A DNA stretch of 63,803 nucleotides, counting the filler, from an uncultured Methanosarcinales archaeon (GTDB lineage Archaea > Nanobdellota > Nanobdellia > Woesearchaeales > GW2011-AR9), in NCBI GenBank assembly GCA_964434885.1. It is 4 parts of 4 records of this genome, joined end to end, with 100 filler letters (N's around TTAATTAATTAA, not from the genome) between each part and the next. Parts side by side here need not be neighbours in the genome. Positions count along the whole stretch, not along the records: positions 34,199 to 49,821 come from CAYSWQ010000018.1; 3 more parts are not named here. One strand, given 5' to 3'. The position numbers and the translations under genes are program-made. Position 1 is the stretch's first letter, and the number at the start of each line of letters is the position of its first letter. A model generated the notes under the pieces. That model was not told where the DNA came from. It ran no database searches and was given only the letters and a program-made list of their open reading frames with translations. Positions 37,803 through 49,300 of this stretch are shown here, one piece after another.

Positions 37803-40127
37803 CTACTTCATTGCCAATCTTATTCTGGCCTCATCTTTTCTAATTTTCGCCAATAGATTTCTTGAAGCTTCCAAATTATATAAATTTGGAGTCAATTTAC
37901 CAGTGATCACATAATCTTTTTTTCTACTTATAATTTTGTTTAAATTAGTCTCACAAGCACTAAAAACCCCTTCTGCATGCTTTTTGCAGGAATCACTAGT
38001 CTGGTAAGCAATATGTTCTCCTTTCTCATTCTTACCCCCATAAATCATTGTATGGCCTAATCTTCTTCGATTCTCATCTCGGTACGGTGCTCCTAATTTA
38101 GTAATCATATCTCCTTTCTTAAATTTATGATCAGAAAAAAACTTATCTAATTGTTTCTTATTAAACTTGCCCACATTAGTCCCACTTTCCTTCATCTCAG
38201 GAATTCTCCCTATCCGAGTATAAGTGTAAGATCCAGGAACATAATGTTTCCCTAAATCTTTAGTATTCCGCAACAAATTATCTTCCCATTTACCAAAACT
38301 TCTTGATGTTCCTTTTACCAAAACCACTTTTGGACCCAAATCAACATCTCCCATTGCTAAACCAATCGCTTCAGAAATATCTGTGCAAACAAAATTAATC
38401 CCCGTTAACCAACCTTCTTTTGGATGATTAGGCCTACTTAATTTACTTCGATGTTCCCCACTATCATAAGGATAACCTTCTAATAATTTAGCATACCACA
38501 CAATATATTCTCTAAACTCTTCTTGATTTTGTGGTCGATCACCATTACTAATCCCAGTATAACCAAAAGGTACTTTTATTAAATCTGCTCTTGCTTTACG
38601 ATCTAAAATAGTAATTGGACCTTTTTCTTTATTTTTCCAGTCCCCTGTCACTTCCATTTGAATTGTATCATAACCACGATAATTCCAAGCCCTTTTATCT
38701 TTCGTACTACCTGTAACTAATGAACCGTCAATCCCTTGGAATAATTTATCATTTTTTAATTCAACTGCCCAATAACCATTATGTATTCTTGCTCTTCCTT
38801 TCAAATCTACAGTCAACTTATCTTTTTTAATATCAATTTTAGCTCGACTATCAGATGATTTTGATGGTTTTACCATCACTTCAAATCTATCATATTGATC
38901 TGTGTTTAGTAAATAAGGTTGGGCGGGAATTCTTGTACCTACAAAAAATTTATTAGCATATGATTTCTTATAATCTTTACCTATTTTTTTATACAAATAT
39001 CTTAACTCATATTTATCAAATAATACTTTCCCTTTCCCTTTCAATTCCAAACCTTCTTTTTTTAACACCAATTGATTTTTCTCCTTTCCAACCTTATCAT
39101 AATTTACTTTCAAATCTCCTTTTACACCAATTCCTCTTAAATAAACCATTCCTTTTTTCTGAGTTTTAATATGGGTAACCTTTCCTTTCTTTAATGTCAC
39201 TATTGCTTTATTTATTTGGTCTAATTCTCCTTTTTTCACTTGCACAGTATATTTTCCAGAATCAATTTTCAGAGTAGTATCTGAAGCTACACTTTCAATA
39301 ACTAATTGTTTCGTCAAAGTCAATTTATCAAAATCAAATGATAAAGAATTAAATACTGGTTTTTCAAAGCAAACTCCACCAATGCATTTTGCTTCCCCTT
39401 TAATTTTACCATTAGAAAAAGTAAAAAATCCCTCGTCAACCAAAAAACTTTTTCCCATTCCTTTTGTGGCTTCTGCTCCAAATTCACTTGTAATCGTTCC
39501 AGAAGACAAATAAAATTTTCTATTCTTCTTCTCCACCTTTCCTTCAAAACTATAATATCGAGTTTGTCCTTTCGGTTGCAAAATTATTTTTCCTTTAGCA
39601 TCAACTTGGAAATTAAATTTATCTTTCCAATCCAATAAATTTATTTTTTGTTTTAATGTAGAAAGATCTCCTTGTTTATAATTCCCAATATCTCCTTTAA
39701 GTTTCAAAGTTACTCCTTGCGCAGCCAAATATTTTACAAAAACTCCTTTGTTATCATTAATATTATTTTTTTTACCTTCGAAAAATTCTTTAGCAATTTT
39801 TTGATCTGCAGTATTCTTAAAAGTCCCTTGATAATAAGAAAAATAAATTGTAGCTAACTCATCATTTGGTTTTTTCAACAAATATGTTCTTCGATTATGT
39901 TGATCTAATCTCAAGAAATTTATAGGAGTAGGTTTACTAACTCTAGCTAAATCAGTTGCAGTTGGATTTGTCAAAAAATTAAAATTATTTGAAGTTGGTT
40001 TCAATTCAAATTGTTTAGCACATTCATATTCACTTTGACAATCAGCATAAACTAAACCGACCACTAACAAGAACACAATTAACCAAAGTTTATATTTCAT
40101 CTTCCCATTCTTTCCAAGTACTTTCAT
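37803..40127 (-). CDS. Large secreted protein with a C-terminal NlpC/P60-like (DUF1287-like) papain-fold domain
   Basis: Signal peptide (probable start MKYKL at 40100); YAKLLEGYPY, FVCTD (catalytic Cys), KKGDMI, GHTMIYGG (His). Confidence 0.65.
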   Translation of the reverse strand: MKVLGKNGKMKYKLWLIVFLLVVGLVYADCQSEYECAKQFELKPTSNNFNFLTNPTATDLARVSKPTPINFLRLDQHNRRTYLLKKPNDELATIYFSYYQGTFKNTADQKIAKEFFEGKKNNINDNKGVFVKYLAAQGVTLKLKGDIGNYKQGDLSTLKQKINLLDWKDKFNFQVDAKGKIILQPKGQTRYYSFEGKVEKKNRKFYLSSGTITSEFGAEATKGMGKSFLVDEGFFTFSNGKIKGEAKCIGGVCFEKPVFNSLSFDFDKLTLTKQLVIESVASDTTLKIDSGKYTVQVKKGELDQINKAIVTLKKGKVTHIKTQKKGMVYLRGIGVKGDLKVNYDKVGKEKNQLVLKKEGLELKGKGKVLFDKYELRYLYKKIGKDYKKSYANKFFVGTRIPAQPYLLNTDQYDRFEVMVKPSKSSDSRAKIDIKKDKLTVDLKGRARIHNGYWAVELKNDKLFQGIDGSLVTGSTKDKRAWNYRGYDTIQMEVTGDWKNKEKGPITILDRKARADLIKVPFGYTGISNGDRPQNQEEFREYIVWYAKLLEGYPYDSGEHRSKLSRPNHPKEGWLTGINFVCTDISEAIGLAMGDVDLGPKVVLVKGTSRSFGKWEDNLLRNTKDLGKHYVPGSYTYTRIGRIPEMKESGTNVGKFNKKQLDKFFSDHKFKKGDMITKLGAPYRDENRRRLGHTMIYGGKNEKGEHIAYQTSDSCKKHAEGVFSACETNLNKIISRKKDYVITGKLTPNLYNLEASRNLLAKIRKDEARIRLAMK

Positions 40128-40875
40128 TCGCTTTATCTAAAGCAAAAGTGAATTTATAATCTTTATCAAAAATAGTCATATAAGAATATCCTTCTCGATT
40201 ATCATAAAATTCTTGGTATTTCAAATCTTCTAAGCAATTCAAACATAACAAACCATTATTTTTTCTATCTTCTACAATTTTTTTTGCTGCTCTATGTATC
40301 TTCTTTAATTTAACTGGATAATTTACTTCTACCTCTCCAGTTTCCCAATAACTATTACCTAAATTAGTTTCTAGTGGATAACTCAAACTCATCACAAAAC
40401 CCAAATCCGTTAATTTGGTTTTTGTTTTAATAGGCCCTTTTTGTTTAATAGAAAAACCTTGTTCCAAAAAAATAGTAAAATTACAACTTTTCTTTAAATT
40501 TTCATTCACATATTTATTAGTCTCTTTTTCAAACACAAATAAATCTGGCACATAATTCTTGTTTTGATAATAATACAAAGGAACTTGGTAAACATTAGAA
40601 AACCAAAAGATACTGTTATTCGGAGCGTTATAATAACCTCCTTGGTTACCATTCCATTCCACTGCATCTTTCAAAACCTTTCGACCACAATTATCCAAAT
40701 ATAATTGAATTGAATTGAATTGCACTGGTTCAACTGGTTGATATTTAGCAGGTGTACTAAACACATACAATCCAAAAGCCATCAAAATAAATATCCCAAT
40801 GATTATGAAAATAGTTACTTGTCCTTTTTTATTTTGTTTTGAGAAAAACAATGCAAATATTTTACTTTTATTCAT
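40090..40875 (-). CDS. Class III (prepilin-type) signal peptide protein
   Basis: NKKG/QVTIFIIIGIFILM; IQLYLDNC...GNQGGYY...VPLYY. Confidence 0.8.
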   Translation of the reverse strand: MNKSKIFALFFSKQNKKGQVTIFIIIGIFILMAFGLYVFSTPAKYQPVEPVQFNSIQLYLDNCGRKVLKDAVEWNGNQGGYYNAPNNSIFWFSNVYQVPLYYYQNKNYVPDLFVFEKETNKYVNENLKKSCNFTIFLEQGFSIKQKGPIKTKTKLTDLGFVMSLSYPLETNLGNSYWETGEVEVNYPVKLKKIHRAAKKIVEDRKNNGLLCLNCLEDLKYQEFYDNREGYSYMTIFDKDYKFTFALDKANESTWKEWEDEI

Positions 40876-40892
40876 TTTACATTAGTTAAAAA

Positions 40893-42800
40893 CTATCTAT
40901 ATTTTCTCGATTCACAAGTTCTAGTTTTAGTATCTGCTCCAGAAAAATGAGCTGGACAAGCCTTATATGTCAAACAATCTTTAGGATTATTTGTCAAAGC
41001 ACATTTATTAGTCCATAAATTCGGTAAAACCATTTTCGGATTTGCATTATTCCACCCAGGAATTTCATTTCCACCAGCTCTCTGCATACAACGATGGACA
41101 AAATGAGTCCGACCCCCTATTTCTGTGGCCCCTTTGTCCTCTTCTCCCACACACATGAAAAATTTAAGCGCCGATTTAACACAAGCTCGATGAGTAGATG
41201 TTCCATCTATCCCTCGCTCTTTTTCTAATATTTTAGGGCTTCCCTTTCCCCCAAACCAACTTTTCCCTTTTCCTCCAGCTACAACTGTCTTAACTGTTTT
41301 TTTCCCATTATCCAAATATTGTAACCACCCTTTTGAATGTTGAACTCGATTAATAACTGCCTGAGCAATAGCTCCTCTTTCTTTAGCTAAATAATCTTGA
41401 CAATCTCTTTCAATTGATAATATCCGAGCCATGTATTCGACATCTTCTAAATAAGCAGCCCCGATATTTTTTTTAATATAATCTTTTATCTGACCAGAAG
41501 TAGATAGTTTATTGATATCTTTTTCAATTTTATCCGGTAAAAGAGCAGTAATCACAACTCCAGGATCTACGTAATGTACTGGAGATGTACTACTTAACTT
41601 CCCATCAAAACTAACTTTCCCAATCGCATATACATTCTTAGGATTCAAATCATCAATCTTAACTTCAGTTGAAGAGTGTAATCTTTTAATGGCCCTACCA
41701 GTATCACTATAAATAAAACCAACATGAGGTAAACCTCTCCATTTTCCCTTACTGAAATATATTGGGTTTTCTGTCCCATCATCCAAAAAAGGTTGCATTT
41801 TACCATTCTTTATTGTGCTAGTAAAAAACAAATCCCCTGGTTTTACAATATCTTTTAATTTTTCATAAGTTCTTTCTTCTGGTTTTAATACCCTGATTTG
41901 ACACCATTTCACGTTTGGATCTTTACATTTTGCATATATTCCACCAACAACATAACCAATTGTTCCTGGCTTAATTCCCCATTTAGTACTTACTACGTGT
42001 CTTACAAATCCCTGACAATCAAAACCACTATCTCGGCAATTAGGTTTTGAACGGGCAGACCCTGGATTTTTTTGACAATTTTTACAATCATCAAAACTAG
42101 TACAAGATGACAATTTATCTGTTGTAAGAATTAAAGAACAAGCCCACCTACAAGTATGTTCTAAAGGCCTAGAAGGATCTGGAGTATTATAATCTGAACC
42201 GCCAGTATAATAATTACATTCTGTTTTACAAGAATTTACAAATTTAGATTTAGGATTCCTATCTAAAATCCCACCTTTACACAAATCACACTTAGCTGAA
42301 TTTTCTGTACATTCACTAGCGCAAGCTTTTTGCATACAATAAAAACATTTAGTCCATCTATTGTTAAAATCTCGAGGATAATCTTGTCCCCCATAAACAT
42401 AAGGTGCCCCTAAAAAGGTTTTCCCATAATTAAGCAACGCTTGATTATTTTTTCCTGAAACTGCACCTCCAGTGATTGGAGTTGTAGTCGAAGTACCTGC
42501 ACCACCACTTTGACCAGCAGCAGCATTCTGACCTGCACCATCTCGACTAGTCGTTCCAGTAGGCTTAACATATTTCTTCCAACTTGGAGGTGTAGTTGTT
42601 GGATCATAATATTGTCCAATATATTTTCCAATACGACTAGCAATTTTCAACCACACTTCATCAATTTCACTCAATGTTACTTGGGTAGAACTACCTGCCA
42701 CACTAGTTGCACCGGGATTGGCTGGAGCATAAACAAAAGGTACAATTAAAACTAAGAAAATTACCAACACCAACAACTGGTAAGTTTTCATGTAGGCCAA
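40893..42800 (-). CDS. Secreted two-domain putative cell-wall hydrolase: NlpC/P60 endopeptidase plus SleB/Hydrolase_2-like lytic transglycosylase
   Basis: GKTFLGAPYVYGG...GFDCQGFVRHV...VKPGDLFF...HVGFI; EDVEYMARILSIE...ERGAIAQAVINRV...TVKTVV. Confidence 0.75.
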   Translation of the reverse strand: MAYMKTYQLLVLVIFLVLIVPFVYAPANPGATSVAGSSTQVTLSEIDEVWLKIASRIGKYIGQYYDPTTTPPSWKKYVKPTGTTSRDGAGQNAAAGQSGGAGTSTTTPITGGAVSGKNNQALLNYGKTFLGAPYVYGGQDYPRDFNNRWTKCFYCMQKACASECTENSAKCDLCKGGILDRNPKSKFVNSCKTECNYYTGGSDYNTPDPSRPLEHTCRWACSLILTTDKLSSCTSFDDCKNCQKNPGSARSKPNCRDSGFDCQGFVRHVVSTKWGIKPGTIGYVVGGIYAKCKDPNVKWCQIRVLKPEERTYEKLKDIVKPGDLFFTSTIKNGKMQPFLDDGTENPIYFSKGKWRGLPHVGFIYSDTGRAIKRLHSSTEVKIDDLNPKNVYAIGKVSFDGKLSSTSPVHYVDPGVVITALLPDKIEKDINKLSTSGQIKDYIKKNIGAAYLEDVEYMARILSIERDCQDYLAKERGAIAQAVINRVQHSKGWLQYLDNGKKTVKTVVAGGKGKSWFGGKGSPKILEKERGIDGTSTHRACVKSALKFFMCVGEEDKGATEIGGRTHFVHRCMQRAGGNEIPGWNNANPKMVLPNLWTNKCALTNNPKDCLTYKACPAHFSGADTKTRTCESRKYR

Positions 42801-43363
42801 CCCCCTTCATCTTCAGGCAACTCAAACAATTTAAACTTCTTCACCAAGGTAGATTTCTTATTCAAAACTGCATTAGAAATCAATAATTCTAAAGTATATT
42901 CTCCTGCTGGATCAGACAAATCCATTGAAACATAATCTTTAAATAATATCTTTTCAGTTTTTGCATTGCTTAATTTATCAAAATAAAAATTATCTGTATT
43001 ATCAGCTTCTAACAAAACTTTTCCTTTAGCATCCTTAATTCTATAATTCTCAACTAGTTTAACCTTTCCTTCATAAACTGTACTTTCCACCACAAACATA
43101 AAATGAACATCTGCCCCTACATCAAATTCGGGTCCTTGTCCCAAACAAGAGAAATTAGAAGAGATAGATCCACAAAATTTGAAATCTTTAATGGCTAAAC
43201 TACCTTCTCTTTGATAAGGAATAAATTCTGTATTCAATACTGATTCAGTACTTTCTTTAACACTCAATATTCCTGTTTTAATTAACAACAACATTCCTGC
43301 ACTAGTTAAAAGAATTACTCCTAAGATAACCAATACACTAACCGCAATTCCTCCTTTTTTCAT
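42788..43363 (-). CDS. Membrane-anchored Ig-fold protein with a class III-like leader, paralog of 37110..37760
   Basis: MKKG/GIAVSVLVILGVILL; FKFCG...GPEFDVGADV...PAGEYTLEL...FKLFELPEDEGGW. Confidence 0.7.
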   Translation of the reverse strand: MKKGGIAVSVLVILGVILLTSAGMLLLIKTGILSVKESTESVLNTEFIPYQREGSLAIKDFKFCGSISSNFSCLGQGPEFDVGADVHFMFVVESTVYEGKVKLVENYRIKDAKGKVLLEADNTDNFYFDKLSNAKTEKILFKDYVSMDLSDPAGEYTLELLISNAVLNKKSTLVKKFKLFELPEDEGGWPT

Positions 43364-43365
43364 TT

Positions 43366-46300
43366 TTATTTACACGAAATAAAACCAAACCATTTGTTAC
43401 TATTTAGATTGATACTACGTTTCCAAACAGTATTATCATAATTTCCACTTATTCCTTTAGCACTGTTCCCATTAATTTCAGTTATAAAATCACAATGGGC
43501 TTTTTTCCAATTTGGTGGAACTGGCAAATTGTTATAATCTATTGGACATCCATCAGATCTACATTCACAAACCAAATCCCCAACTTTAATTTTATTTTTC
43601 TCAGACATCGGATAAGTAGTACAACTACTAGATTCACCTTGTTGAACTCTTTGAAAATATCTTGTATGGGAACAATTGAATGGAAAATCAGAAACTCCTG
43701 CTTCTTGATAAATAAATGAAATGAATGCTGCTGACCAAGCATCCTTGGTGGGGCTTGCGGTTGGTGCTCCACAAGCAGTATAATACTCTTTAATCCGGTT
43801 CTGCATTACATTTTCTTTTTTACTCCCTTTTCCAAATAACACCCATTCTTTATTCACTTTTTCAATAATCTTTTTGGACAATGTTTGCGTAGTTGAAGAA
43901 GTTGATGAAGTGACTGGACCACCAATAGGAGTAGGAGTAGCTATTGGACCAGAAGAACCACTTCCTGATCCAGAAGATGTAGTTCCTTTATTCTTTCCAA
44001 ATTTCTCACTTACCAAACTTAAATACATATGAATCTTTTTATACTCATTCGAATTCTTAACTCTCGAATTATAATTAATACTTCGCGTTGTCAAAAATAA
44101 ATCTGCAAAGGCACCTGCTTCTTTATTATTACCTTGCATAATTTTAGCAGCAATATAATAATACACAGCTAAAGCATCAACAACACCATAATTTTTATCA
44201 GTATTACTTTTCGCCATTACTGTTTGAGCACTCCTAATCAAACTAGTATAATCATTAGCTTTCCACAAGGAGTAAAAACTACTTGTAATTCCCCCTGTCC
44301 CAGGAATCGCTTGGAAATTATGTTGAATTCTTATTTCCGCCGTATGACTTGGTTTCCCAAAAGTAGTAGTCAAAGGAGTAGTTGTTCCAGAACAACTATC
44401 TTTAATTGGGTGTCTTACTTCTACTTGTAATTGTAATTTTTTAATGTTACTACTTATACTAGTCGCTGTAGATTTAGCATTGTAAGTACAAATATTAATA
44501 CTCTTACCACTAGCAATACTAGTTTTAATTGGACTAGTAATCCTCTGACCATTAAACTTAAACTTAAATTCTTCAATATCTTTAGAACTCAATCGATAAT
44601 TATTATTTTTAGTAATTCTTCTATTGGTATCCACATTATAAGTATTCTTGTCGTCTATTGTCATTGCACTCGGATTATCTACCGACAAAATATATTTAGT
44701 ACTATCTTGAGTATCTTTCTTCAAATCAAATTTAACACTAGAATATCCAGTAACTCCCCAGATGTTCTCAGTTTTATAAGTTCCACAATCCCCAGTAGAA
44801 CTTACTTGTAAATTACTAGTAGTGCCCCCCAATAAAAGATCGGTAACAGTCATCAAATTAATTTCTGGAGTAGTTGTCCTAGATAATGTTGATGCTGCAA
44901 TAGGAATAATCATCGGAGTTCCCATCCCAGTTAATTGAATTTTCAAACATTGTTTTTTACCATCACTAAAAATATGTGGGCGAATAGTAATTTGGTCTCC
45001 CTTCTTCAAATAGTTGTAAGAAGCATCTCCATCACATTGAATCCATTTCCCAGTGTATTTATTCAAACATTCTACATAAGGTGCCTGTAAATGAGTATTA
45101 CCCATCTTATTAAAAAAGTTAGATAATTGTGGACAACTAAACCTACCTGTTTTACTATCTGCTTGACAAGAAACTAAAGGCTTACCTGAAACATCAGTGA
45201 TTGGAGCATAATAAACTCCTTTGTTTCCTTCAATATGAGAAGCTTCAAAACAATTTTTTGGTTCTTCAAAACGATCTAATTCAATTTCCAATACCACATG
45301 ATCATAAACATAAGGTTTAGGTACAATATGGGGTGATTTCAAAGGCACACTGACATAACTACCAGTCTCAACTCCTCGAACACTAGTAAACAAAGAATGT
45401 TCCATTTCTGGATATTTCTGATTAATTCCTAAACATGGACAAGAGCCAGGAGTAGCACAATCAATATTTTCTTTACCTAAATCTGCTGCCGTAACACATT
45501 TTAATTTAACTTCATACTTCCTTATCTTACATCCAGGGAAAATACTTGCCCCAATACGATAACTATATGTTGGCGCTCCTTTAATTGGATCATAAGAAAC
45601 TAATTCTCTTTCTGCCGGTACAATCAACGCACTAGTTTTCATCGGAGTGCGATAAGCTGCATCAGTTAAAAAATCTAAACCATAAGGCCAATCATAACCA
45701 AATGCTGCCAAACAAACATTTCTAATTATTCCTTGTGAACCTGCTTTAAACATCTCATTCAATTTAGCATTACCATATTCTTGACTTAAATCACTCATTG
45801 AAGTATCTAAAGCGTCTTTAACTGCACTCAATCCAAATCCAACTCCTGCTTCAACAGCAGTTTGATCTTCTCCCCTTCCAATATCTAAAAAAGGTAAAGG
45901 TGAACATCCCTTGGAAGCATAAGCAAATAACTTATACAATAAACCACAAACTGCTTGACTAAATAATTCTTTACAAGTCCCAGCATTTTTGATTCCTGTA
46001 TATTTAGCTTCAATCAAACAATTTCTTACTCCCTTTAGTACACTATTTAACATCCTCAATCGGTTATAGATTCCACTTAAACATAAAGTTTGGAACGCTG
46101 CTAAATGAGAAGTAAAAGGATTTATTTCTGCAATTGTTTTTTTAGTTTTAGTCATATCTAAAACATGGTCTAATCCAAACGCTGCCGATAAATCACGGCC
46201 TTTATAATATCTCCACGTTGGATAACATAAACCAGAACTTCCACCATTACAAGTACTAGGATCTCCTCCAGTTTCTCGAAACAACTGTGCCTGTCGATAA

Positions 46301-49300
46301 CTCCATTCTTGTTTCACTGAAGTTTGTTTCTCTCCTTTCTTTCTTTCTTCTCCCTTACAAACACAAACACTAACTTCTTTCGTCGGATTACTTGTTCCTG
46401 TCGTAGTTCCTCCAGTTTTTTCAACAACGGTCTTTGTACTACCATCTGGATTTGTAATTTTAGTAGTTGTTTCAATTACTTTTCCCCCTGCTGTTCCTTC
46501 TGCTTGTGGAAAACAATCCTTTGTATAACCAGCCACATAATGATTCTCTTCTTTAATCTCTTTTTTAGGCTTTTCAGTATTCATATCAATAGGAGCACAT
46601 CTAGCTTTTGTAAATCCTTTTCTTTGTTGACATAAATCAGTACAAGTAATATCTCTACTAACAATATAATTCTTAGCTCCTTTTGGTTGATAAGCTAACA
46701 AAGTATCAGAAGTGAAATCATTATTCCCTATTGATCCTCCTGCTGTATTACCAATTCGAGACAATTTCCAAATTCTAGTCTTCGTGTAAGCCTCAGTCCT
46801 CTCAGCAGCAGTCATTTTGATATAATAAATATTCTCTTTACCATCAATATAACAAGTATTTTTCCCAATCTCTTGCAAAGTAGTTTTGAAACTAGCTACG
46901 TCAGTAAGTCTAGTAAATTTACTTGGATTCTTTTCCCAATAACCTTGACAATTCTTCAATTCCCTTAAAGGAACTCCCATTCCAGTAAATGCCCCACAAG
47001 CTTGTTCAGCTAATTTGGCTTGCATCACTTTATCCTCATCAGCATCTTCAGTCCATTTCGCCGGAGCTTTATGACAATAAAAACGATCACAAGACCATCT
47101 TAATGCCGTATTTAACACTGATTCTGCTTTCCAAGCCCCTGCCGTCATACTACATTTCTTTTCTAATTCTAAATCTTCACGTTTACCTTTTACATATGCT
47201 TCTGGTAAATTAGCATTTGACTTTCCTTTAACTTTGTCAAAACTATCTAATGTTTTTTTCAAAAATAATTCCTCTGGCTTAACACACTTCTTAGCATCAT
47301 CATTTTCTGCCTTATCTAAAAAAGGTTCTAATTTAGAAATAAATTTTCGATATATTTGAGTAACCAATCGTAAAGCCATAGATACTCCACAACCAACCCC
47401 CACTACCAACATTGCCTTTTCAATATAAGGTAAAATAGTATCAATTGCATGGGTTGTTTTATTCAATGCATCTGTTAACCCATCAACCAAAGGTCCAGGC
47501 ATCAAATCTTTACTTTCTAAAGGAATATCTACAAAATATCCTAAATTAATACAACTAGTTTGAGTTTTAGTTTCACCCCAACCACCTTTAGCATTTCTTT
47601 CTTGAAAAGCTAATTTAATTTGTAATGGAAATTTTAATTGTCTTTTCTGAAAATCTTGCCATAAATTAGGATCTTTTTTTGTTAATTCACTAGTTCTACC
47701 CAATGTTGCTTGTAGATAATATGCAGTTTTATCTGGACTACCAACGGGCACAATATTTCTCGGAAAAATTTTACAACTAATATTAAAATCTCCTTGCTTA
47801 AGCATACCTGGAGTACAAGCTCGATCCACAGTCATAGACATAATCCGATAAGGTTGTTCTCCTTGTTTAGCTGCCACTGCCGAACCAGAATATTTTAATT
47901 TCAACATTGAACTAATAGTTTGTCTTCCATCATCCAACAAAGTAGGTTGTAATCGATAAGGTAATTGATACTCAATCATCGGATCAACATTAAATGCATA
48001 ATCAGCAGAATAACAATTATAAATTAAAATCGTTTTTCTCGCGGCAAAATTAGTCACTCTTCCTAATTGATCTTCTGCTAAAATATAAATTTCAAAAGAT
48101 TTTTGAGTTTGTCCCCTGATAATATCTGCTGCTGGCAAAACTACATCTACTAAACTAGATGGAATATGTCTTGGACTTAAATCTTTCAAAGAAATTGGAG
48201 TTCTTTCAAAATTAACATTAGAAAAAATAAACTTTCCTTGTTTATCTGCTGTCACTACTGCTCGCGCCTTCTTAAAATCTGGAGCCCGACTATAAACTTC
48301 CCGCGAAAAAACATAAAGATATACTTTCGCTCCTGGTTTAGTCAACCCAGTAATATCTGATTTTGCTCGACCTTCATAAAAAGTTGTTCCTCCCACTACT
48401 GTTGCTGTGACAGTTGGAACTTTGGTATCGGAAAATACTTGTAAAGATAAAATATTCTTTCTACCACCAATATCTTTAGCACTAATGTCAATATCGTTTT
48501 GTCCATCTCTTAAACTTACTTCCTTGGAAAAGTTATTAGTTTGTACTTTGTAAGCACTTCGATTATTAACAAAAATTTCCAATGAAACATTTTTATTAAC
48601 TGTTCCTTCTAATTTAACTTTAGTTTGATTAACTCTAGCTAATACTGGTTTCAATGTAATTTTTGGTTTCTTTAAATCCGCATAAACACTAAATTTCTTA
48701 CTACTTTTTTGACCTAATTTATCTTTCACTTCCAATTCAATCCGATTAACTACATCACTACTCAAACTTACTTTTGAAAACAAAAACGATTTATTCACTA
48801 CTGCTTTTGTCGAAGTAGTAGCACCATTAACTTTCAATTTAACTTGTACTCCTGTATCTGTAGTTCCAGAAATATTAATCTCGGAAGAAGCCACACTACT
48901 TGGTAAACTAACAACTATTTTTGGCAAAGTTTGTGTTTTATTCCCTCCCAATACTACACTTTTTTTGGCCAATGTTGTAAATGAATAAAAACTACCTGAA
49001 TTATTATCACTTTCATTCCCACTTTTAACTTCATAAAAATATTTAGTGGAATTTAATAAACCACTCAAAGAAAGGCTATGGTTTTCAACTTTTGTAAAAT
49101 CGCTTTGAATACTTAATTTACTCAAATTTGTTCCATAATGAACATAACTATCTGCACTTTCATTGGTTTTCCAGTTAATCACTGCACCACTTCCAGTAAC
49201 ATTAACAGCTTGGATATCCGAAAAAGAAATTGCTTGAACTAGTGGCCAATTCAAAAAAAGCATAATCACTAACCAAACCTGAAAATTTCTATTCCAATGC

